Source of the DNA: Naegleria gruberi
Lineage: Eukaryota
DNA length: 64,000 nucleotides
Reading direction: 5' to 3' (one strand)
Assembly (NCBI GenBank): GCA_000004985.1
Contig: GG738882.1
In this document: piece after piece, positions 56,777 through 64,000 of the stretch
Layout of the letters: each line of letters starts with the position of its first letter
How positions within the stretch are numbered: the stretch's first letter is position 1
Position numbers and translations under genes: made by a program
The notes under the pieces: generated by a model
What the model saw: the letters and a program-made list of their open reading frames with translations, nothing else
Told to the model about the DNA's origin: nothing
Databases searched by the model: none

Positions 56777-57485
56777 ATGTCCTCTGAACAATTAACCCAA
56801 CAACAAATCAAAGAGTACAAGGAAGCCTTCGCCTTCTTCGATAAAGATGAAGATCAAAAAGTTTCCAAAGCTGACTTGGAAAAGACCTTCTTATCTTTGG
56901 GTGAAAACAAGTCACAAAACGACATTAGAAAGATGATTGAAGAGTGCGACTCATCACGTACTGGTTTTATTAGTTTTACCGAATTCTTGACTGTTCTCTC
57001 ACAAAAATTGAAGAACACGTAAGTTTTTTATTTTTCAACGTGTGTTGTTAACCAGCGTGCTGCTGCTTCTATTATTTATCATCATGTGATGGTGTTATCA
57101 TTATCGATTTATTTTCTTATTTCCTTTCCGTGATGATGGTGTTTCCCGCCCTTTTCTATTTTAATCACATATTTATTAAAAACAAATATTCATGATGGTG
57201 ATGTGATAACGATGCTATGATGATGAAAATACAAAATATTATTCAACACACAATAATAATAATAACAGTGATCGTGAAGAAAAGATCAGAGAAGCTTTCC
57301 GTGCTTTTGACGAAGATGGACACGGAAGTATTCCATCCAAGGAATTGAAGGATGCCTTGTGTAATTGGGGTGAAAAATTCACTGAACAAGAATGGGGCCA
57401 AATGAGAAACGAAATTGGTGCTAAGGATTCTGGAGATTTTGATTATGAACAATTCATCTCAAAGATGTTGAACAAGTCTCAATAA
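56777..57485 (+). CDS. calmodulin-like EF-hand protein (about 152 aa), 2 exons
   Basis: Exons 56777..57018 and 57269..57485, with a GTAAGT donor. QIKEYKEAFAFFDKDEDQKVSKADL and DREEKIREAFRAFDEDGHGSIPSKEL align with the calmodulin EF-hands and central helix ([24 protein letters not shown]). Confidence 0.8.
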
Positions 57486-57785
57486 ATTGTGTAATATCGT
57501 GTAATACCACTATTCATATTTTGACTGATTGGTTGGAGTATTAATACTGAATAAACAATAATTTGTAAACGAATATCAGCAACATGTAAATTTATTGGCA
57601 AAGTAAGATTTCACCTTATTGTAAAGGAAGATCTTGCATATCATTTTCTTCACCCTATTTCTCATTCTTTTATCAAAATCTAGTTGTAGTTTTCACACTC
57701 TTTTGATAATTTCACACCAAGTTGAGTGTGTTGTTGATATTTGAATTGGCTCATTAATCGAATCTCTCTGTCAATTCTCCAAAAC

Positions 57786-58892
57786 TTAATCCTTCAAATA
57801 CTTAATTTTAATTGCCAACATGAGAGCCAGCAAAAGAAGAATGTTTCTATTTTGAACGACTTGTTTCTGAGCCATTCTCGAATATTCGAACAGGGAAGAA
57901 ACCTCCATTGCATGCAGAGAGTGTGAAGTAATGATTTGAATAATACCATCCAAAAATTCTTCCATATTGTGAATAGATAATTGAAGTTCATTTCCTATTG
58001 GAATGGAAATTATTGGAGACTCAGTCGAAGAAGAGGCTGGTGATGTAGTAAACTTGAATGAATCCTCAGCATTCTTGTAGAGTGCATCCAATTTTGATTT
58101 TTCACGTGTTGAAATTTGAGTCCAATACTTGTTGTGTGTTCCTGATCGTGTGGAATTATGTGAAATTCCCTGTGTATCTCTAATTTGTGGGCTTCTAAAT
58201 GGGTTATCATCATCAGAATCCTCATCAGAATCTTCATCCACATCCAAATCCTCTTCATCAGAAATAGGAAAATGAGAAAATTGAGGAGGCAGTCCAGGTA
58301 ACACAAAAGGAGGATTTCTTGTTGCCCTTATTCTCTGTCTATTATTATTAATCATATTTCTGCTAATTCCATTAATAGTACTTCTCTGATTTACTCTACT
58401 GGCCGATCGGCTTGATGGCATGAAAAGTGGAAAATTAGCATCATCGGATGAAGAACTTGATTCAGACTCCTCATCCTCATCAGAGTCTTCGTCATCTTCC
58501 GAGGATGTAGGTGAGACAAGAGGAGGTAAAGCCTCCTCATGTGTTTCTCGATCATAAACAATTCCATCATCTCCTAAATAATGTTCTGCACAGACTTCAT
58601 CATCATCATCATCAGAATCAGTCTCCCAATTTTCATCATCAGAATAGTCAGAATCGTCTTCATCATCGATCAATACTGGAAGATCATCATCACTATCGGA
58701 GGCTTCAGAATCTACCAAGGGTGGCAATTCATCATCATCAGACTCTACCAGTGGAGGCAATTCATCTTCATCCTCTTCCGAAGTTTTATCTGAATCAATT
58801 AATGAAGGCATTTCATCTTCACTCTCTTCCGTATCATCATCATCATGACGTTTAGAGTTATTCCCATTTGAAAGCCTTTTTCGTTCACTCAT
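57786..58892 (-). CDS. highly acidic Asp/Glu/Ser-rich protein with ELPPLV repeats and C-terminal hydrophobic (tail-anchor-like) segment
   Basis: ATG ORF of 368 aa. Repeats DELPPLVESDDDELPPLVDSE. C-terminal ILLLLALMLAIKI. Confidence 0.45.
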   Translation of the reverse strand: MSERKRLSNGNNSKRHDDDDTEESEDEMPSLIDSDKTSEEDEDELPPLVESDDDELPPLVDSEASDSDDDLPVLIDDEDDSDYSDDENWETDSDDDDDEVCAEHYLGDDGIVYDRETHEEALPPLVSPTSSEDDEDSDEDEESESSSSSDDANFPLFMPSSRSASRVNQRSTINGISRNMINNNRQRIRATRNPPFVLPGLPPQFSHFPISDEEDLDVDEDSDEDSDDDNPFRSPQIRDTQGISHNSTRSGTHNKYWTQISTREKSKLDALYKNAEDSFKFTTSPASSSTESPIISIPIGNELQLSIHNMEEFLDGIIQIITSHSLHAMEVSSLFEYSRMAQKQVVQNRNILLLLALMLAIKIKYLKD

Positions 58893-59139
58893 TTTTTTTA
58901 AATATTTAATTTAAATAATAAAATTTTAAAAAAGTATTGAAACGTGAATTCTTTATTTCCCTTATTAATACCACACAGATTGGGTTTGTAAATGGAAAAG
59001 TATTAATTAAAGGACATACTGAAAAAAGGCAATAAAGTCTTTATTAAATTATTCCTAGAGTTTGAATTGTTTCTGTACACAAATTGTTGTCTAGTTGTAA
59101 AGTGTGTGAATTGATGTGTAATAGTTGTTGTGAATGAGA

Positions 59140-60207
59140 TTATTTTCTATGAATATAATGCGAAGAATCGATTTGATAATAGAAAGGAGGTCTTGTACAA
59201 TTGATTGATTCAACCTTTTCCATGAATGAAATGTCATTGTTAGTGACGAGTTTCCATGGATGAAGTTTCGAATGATTTTGATGATGAGAATTGTGGTGAT
59301 GCTCGGATTTGTTTGATTCGTCAGGAGCACTTCTCGTTATGTGTGATAATCCACAAATGCTTGCCTTGACATTAATTCTCTCGGTTAATGGAAGTCTGTG
59401 ATAAATTCCAATAATTTCCTCGACAACTCTAATCATGGTAGCAGCATGAGTAATTATCAGAACTGTTGGATCTTGCGTTGTATTGAGAGATTGTTTGAGT
59501 TGACTCACATTATTTTGAATATTCACAAATGTTCCTCTCACTCTTCTAATAAGATCATACATTAACTCGTGTTGTTTCAATTGGGTGAAATACTTGAGGT
59601 AATTAGTTGGATTCAAAGCAAAATATTCAGATTCCAAATCTAATTCACTACTATCATATTGTTCTACAATATACTCTGCCAAAAGTGGGAACTCCTTTCT
59701 AATAGTTTCAATATTAGGAGGCATCATATCAAAAGACCACAATCTCTTCAATCCATAAAATTCCATCAATCCAAAATCAATAAAAACTTGAACATTTAAC
59801 TTGTAACCATCCTTTTCAGCTTCTTCTAAAACAGCTTTCAATAAGGTTTCAGTTGTTTGTAAACATCTGTGAAATGGTGAAGTGTAGAGTTGAAAGGTTT
59901 TTCTAACTTGTTCATCATTGCTAGGAAGGTCAATTGACTGTTCTAATTTTTTCAAAATATATTCATTGTATAAATTTTGTCCCAACATTGATGCACAAAA
60001 GAATCCTCTATCAGTCAATGGTGGATCTGCTTCATAATCTCCATTAGCATCGACTGGAGTACTAGGTGTTGATGAAGGTGAAGGAGGAGAAGTAAATGTA
60101 CCAGTACCATATTTAATGAGTTGAGAAGTTTTCTCTCCGTGTCTAGTGACAAACAATTCGTTCAATGAAGGAATTGTAAATTGAGGAAAATCAATAGTAA
60201 TTGGCAT
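59140..60207 (-). CDS. histidine phosphatase superfamily (phosphoglycerate-mutase-like) protein
   Basis: RHG catalytic motif LFVTRHGEK about 25 aa after the first ATG (60207). DPPLTDRG, SPFHRCLQT and C-terminal LIITHAATM also fit. The ORF track extends upstream to a TTG at 60375. Confidence 0.65.
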   Translation of the reverse strand: MPITIDFPQFTIPSLNELFVTRHGEKTSQLIKYGTGTFTSPPSPSSTPSTPVDANGDYEADPPLTDRGFFCASMLGQNLYNEYILKKLEQSIDLPSNDEQVRKTFQLYTSPFHRCLQTTETLLKAVLEEAEKDGYKLNVQVFIDFGLMEFYGLKRLWSFDMMPPNIETIRKEFPLLAEYIVEQYDSSELDLESEYFALNPTNYLKYFTQLKQHELMYDLIRRVRGTFVNIQNNVSQLKQSLNTTQDPTVLIITHAATMIRVVEEIIGIYHRLPLTERINVKASICGLSHITRSAPDESNKSEHHHNSHHQNHSKLHPWKLVTNNDISFMEKVESINCTRPPFYYQIDSSHYIHRK

Positions 60208-62029
60208 TGTTCTATCATGTAAAAAGTGTTGAATCACAGTTTTTGGTGAAGGAGTTGGTGCACTACTTGATGTATTACTACTATTACTATCAAAACTATT
60301 TGATTTGTTTTCTTGGTGATGATGATTTACTTTCAATTGAAGTACAGGTGATTCATCTATGATATGTATTTCCAATAATTATTGTTGTTATTCATTCAAA
60401 ATACAATATACAATTCGTAACGAGATGATTATAATAAAACACAAATATTCGAAAATGTTCAACAAAATATTCAAAATATTCGAAAAAGACCAAGTTGAAA
60501 CTCTACCTGAAAAGACGTTATTTTCCAATCCCTCTGTTCCATTTGAAGTTGTTGAAGAAGATTTACAACATTCAGAAGCCTTTGTACAATTTTCATTACC
60601 ACTACAACCACCCAACGTTCTTATAACGGAAGAAGATGAAGATTCAACAACAACGACCTCAGAATCACATCGATGATTCTCACTGTGGTGGGTCATTTTT
60701 TTTGCTTTTTTATTCTGTAACGATTCTTTGGTGAGAGAACAAAGTAGGTCGTGGGTTCGTAACGATGGGGAAGCTGTTGTTTTTTTTTATTTTCAATAAA
60801 GTCTAGGTTAGAAAGTGTTGTACGAACTTGTGGACATGTGACAATTTTGAATAGAAACGGGATGGATTGCTGTTACAAGTAATGATGGTTACAAAGGGTT
60901 ATGTTTTGGATTGTTTTGTTTATGAGGATATTGGTTTCTTTTTATTTTGAAGTTAATACTTGTAGGATTGGGTTGTTATTATTATATTATAAAATATTTG
61001 AAGAATTCAAATAATGGATATCGAAGTAAAAAGTCAAAGGAATGAAAATATTTAAGGGTTGAATCAATATTTGAGTAAACAATTCAAAATAATTAGGAAG
61101 TTTCCTGCTTGGTAGTTCTCAACAATTACAATTTAATTTCTCATGTATTGCACTTCCTTCCAAAACAATATTTCTATTATCAAGATATTATTGCACTTCA
61201 TGAAGAGGAATATTTCCCTCTTGTAAAACAGAAAGATATTATTGCTCAATTGATGCTTGAATGCTTTCTGGACAATTGCCCAGTCTAGTGATTGGTCCAG
61301 ACTTTACACAAGTCCAAAAGGAGATTTTAAGGCCGAATAAGTTTCTGTAATACAATTTTATTCTCCATTAAGGCAACTACAAGTTAACAAGAGGCACACC
61401 CATGCAAGAAAAAATCAATTAAATTCTTCGGAGCAAAAACTCCGTCTCCTTTTCGCTGTGTCTTTTCTTCAACTCTCGGAAAGGCATTCGGAAGATTTTA
61501 ACAAAAAAAAGCACGTAAATTCTCTCACCCCAAACTTTAGACAAACTCTCAAACTCTTGTGTAGAGAACAATAACAATAACAATAATCCAAACTACTACA
61601 CTATCCCAATATATATTAATACTATTTTTATGAACAAGTATACGTTTGAACAAGCGAAAATTATCAATTATCAAATCTATTATTATTCTTCTTCTTGTTA
61701 CTACAACAATAATAACAACAATATTCCCTATTAATACGCGCATTCATAAAGCCTGTTTGTTGAAAGAGAGAAAGAACACATTCCCATTACAACCCTCTCC
61801 CCTAATTTATTGTTAAAACTCTCAACAGCATGTTATCAACTATTAGCTCCTCTCCATCCTTGTTAGACAACAACAACAACAACATGTTGTTGCATCCTCA
61901 GTAGCGTTCAATCCTACTCTTGTGGGAAGCATTCCTTCAACACCAAGAACAACATTAGCTTCTACTACCAATCAAGTTGCTCATCCGAATGTTGTTGTCT
62001 CCTCCTCACCATCAATTCATCATCAACCA

Positions 62030-63859
62030 ATGACAAGTCAATCGACGACGAATTATTACCATACCGATCATGCACAGTATCATTCATTCAGTAATGAAGT
62101 TGGAGTTTCGTCTGCCCTTCCTCCCAAGATGCAACAAAAGAAGAGACATAACACAACTGCCTCGACAAGTTCTTCCTCATCCTCCTCTTCTAATGAGCAT
62201 ACCACCATATTGGAAATTGCTAGTGGTGAAGCTTTGTCATCAACAACTAATGGTATAACACCTGCGACTCCAATTCCAGTCCGACAATATCAGCAACCAA
62301 CAATTCAACCAATTCTCACAATGAATTCCAACACCATTCAACCACATCAACAGCAGCAGCAACATGGATACTTTATGAATGGATCCACTCAATCATCATT
62401 TGATAATACTCAAATGCAATCTCATCAAGGACACGTCATGATAATGATGGACGATGATAAGGGAGAAGCAAAGAAGAGAAAGAGAAGAAATCAAGCCAAA
62501 TCAGCTTGTGAGCAATGTAGAAGAGCTCACACTGCCTGTACTGATCAAAAACCTTGTCTCAGATGTGTCAAGTTAGGATTGCAATGTGTTGAAGCTCCTA
62601 AAAAGAAACAAAAACCAAATGGTAAAAGCTCATCTGGCAATAACAGTCCTCCTCCAACAAATGTTAATAATACATACAGTACAGATACATCTCCTTATGG
62701 TAGTGATTTGAGCAGTTTAGCCACCAGAATTCAAAACATTCCCAATATGAATCCAATTGCAAGTGAGCAACATCAACATGAATCAGTAATGAATTCAGCA
62801 GGAAAGAGCTCTTCAAGTTCTTCCTCTTCTGATGGTGACTACTCTTCTGGAACAACCAACAGTCCAACTCAACAAACAACCTCCTATCCTCCTCAAGTTC
62901 CTACCATCCAAACTCCACAACCTTCCTTTGCAATTAATAGATTAACACCTCTCTCAGTTTCTCAATTCCAAACCTTAATTAAGGAAGGCAATGTAGAAAA
63001 GGTGCACCAAGTTTGTGAAATTTCCTATCAACTCATTACTATGAGTGTGGATGAAATCAAGACTATCTATCCAGTGCTCGTTCCAGCTGGACAAGAACAG
63101 TTAACCTTCAATACCAACAGAAATGGGTTCTTATTGGCCTATTTGTATGGTAAATTCAATATTATGAACGCCATGAGAGATATTTTGTGGAAGCAATACA
63201 GATCAGAATACTTTAGTTTCCTTTTCAAGTTAATTTCATTTGATGATGATAAGGCACTCATTAGAATGTATCTTCAAGGTATTCAATATGATTTGAATAC
63301 TGTTGAAAATGAAAAGAGTATTGGTCTGTTGAGTTTCTGTGCCTGTTGTGGAAGAATTGAAATTTTCAAATTGCTCTGTGAAGAATTCCAATGCTCCCTT
63401 TTCCAAGTGAGAAATGAAAAGTATTTACCAATACACTTTGCCTGTAGTTACTCAAATGTAGAAATTGCAGAATACATCCTCCAAAAGTATCCAATCCAAT
63501 TGGATATTCAAGTTAACAATAATAGTTCTCCACTATTGGTTTCAGCAGCATATGGCAGTCTCAAAAGTATCAAATTTTTAATTGATCGAGGAGCCAATGT
63601 AAATTTATGTGACATTGATGGTCTGTATGCTATTCACTATGCCGTCAAGTACAATCACTTTGCTGTTGTCCAATATCTAGCTCAACATAATGCTGATTTT
63701 TCTGTCAAGAATAACTCTGGTCAAACAATATTTGACTTCGCGACAGATTCAGACAAGAAGTTTATGCTAGAACTAATTGTACAAAACAAAAACCTTAATG
63801 ATAGAATTTTATTACAGGAGGATATAATCAAAAACATGAAACCAACATCATGTAAATAA
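62030..63859 (+). CDS. Zn(2)-Cys(6) binuclear cluster (GAL4-type) DNA-binding protein with C-terminal ankyrin repeats
   Basis: ACEQCRRAHTACTDQKPCLRCVKLGLQCV is the Zn2Cys6 motif. C-terminal ankyrin repeats (LLVSAAYGSLKSIKFLIDRGANVNLCDIDGLYAIHYAVKYNHFAVV). The open frame extends 5' to 61847 without an ATG; first in-frame ATG is at 62030. Confidence 0.7.
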   Translation: MTSQSTTNYYHTDHAQYHSFSNEVGVSSALPPKMQQKKRHNTTASTSSSSSSSSNEHTTILEIASGEALSSTTNGITPATPIPVRQYQQPTIQPILTMNSNTIQPHQQQQQHGYFMNGSTQSSFDNTQMQSHQGHVMIMMDDDKGEAKKRKRRNQAKSACEQCRRAHTACTDQKPCLRCVKLGLQCVEAPKKKQKPNGKSSSGNNSPPPTNVNNTYSTDTSPYGSDLSSLATRIQNIPNMNPIASEQHQHESVMNSAGKSSSSSSSSDGDYSSGTTNSPTQQTTSYPPQVPTIQTPQPSFAINRLTPLSVSQFQTLIKEGNVEKVHQVCEISYQLITMSVDEIKTIYPVLVPAGQEQLTFNTNRNGFLLAYLYGKFNIMNAMRDILWKQYRSEYFSFLFKLISFDDDKALIRMYLQGIQYDLNTVENEKSIGLLSFCACCGRIEIFKLLCEEFQCSLFQVRNEKYLPIHFACSYSNVEIAEYILQKYPIQLDIQVNNNSSPLLVSAAYGSLKSIKFLIDRGANVNLCDIDGLYAIHYAVKYNHFAVVQYLAQHNADFSVKNNSGQTIFDFATDSDKKFMLELIVQNKNLNDRILLQEDIIKNMKPTSCK

Positions 63860-64000
63860 ATATTCCTCAATTTTTTATTTTCAAATTCATATTTTACAAA
63901 ACATTATCTTTGAATTTTCACACCCAACCAGCCAACTGGAAGATTTTTTGAAAGAGTATCCAATATTCCTCCAATTGCATCTCTATTTCACTCAACAACA

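Noticed and set aside
58511-58855. His-rich + strand ORFs (114 aa and 70 aa)
   Set aside because: Antisense translation of the acidic D/E-repeat gene on the minus strand (GAT/GAA repeats read as ATC/TTC and CAT/CAC). Artefact of repeat composition.

Overview
This window is AT-rich eukaryotic nuclear DNA, not prokaryotic. It is gene-dense: I count about 45 protein-coding genes on both strands, many interrupted by short spliceosomal introns (about 40-250 nt, GTAAGT or GTATGT donors, AG acceptors), plus five Pol III genes. Codon usage, poly-N and poly-Q tracts, a polyubiquitin ending in an extra Asn, dispersed tRNA genes and a Zn2Cys6 factor fit an amoebozoan, possibly dictyostelid-like, genome. 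That taxonomic call is inference only.

Confident genes:
- ribonucleotide reductase large subunit
- 3x polyubiquitin
- VPS4, which has a 21-nt micro-exon encoding the P-loop
- COP9 signalosome subunit 6
- glyoxalase I of the E. coli GloA type
- class I (bacterial-type) glycerate kinase
- S9 serine peptidase
- ABC-B half transporter
- PAQR/hemolysin-III membrane protein
- MBOAT acyltransferase
- CDC123
- an actin-related protein resembling Arp11
- a calmodulin-like protein
- ADP-ribosylglycohydrolase
- a histidine phosphatase
- an RCC1-repeat protein, a WD40 protein and a C2-domain protein
- a Zn2Cys6 plus ankyrin transcription factor

RNA genes are a solitary 5S rRNA, tRNA-Ser(AGA), tRNA-Arg(ACG) and two identical tRNA-Trp(CCA) genes.

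Most unusual:
(i) a receptor-like gene whose product reads TM - large extracytoplasmic domain - TM - HAMP - PAS-like - RGS. A second 2-TM RGS gene and a 7-TM gene lie nearby.
(ii) an inverted pair of identical tRNA-Trp genes with about 200-bp partly diverged flanks, enclosing a single gene for a DUF4116-like tandem-repeat protein.
(iii) a secreted PKD plus beta-helix protein with a GPI-like tail whose reading frame is broken twice at A/T homopolymers, and a similar break in the ARH gene.
(iv) several bacterial-type enzymes, which are HGT candidates.

Splice-junction coordinates were derived by hand and may be off by 1-2 nt. Calls that depend on homopolymer length are flagged as such.
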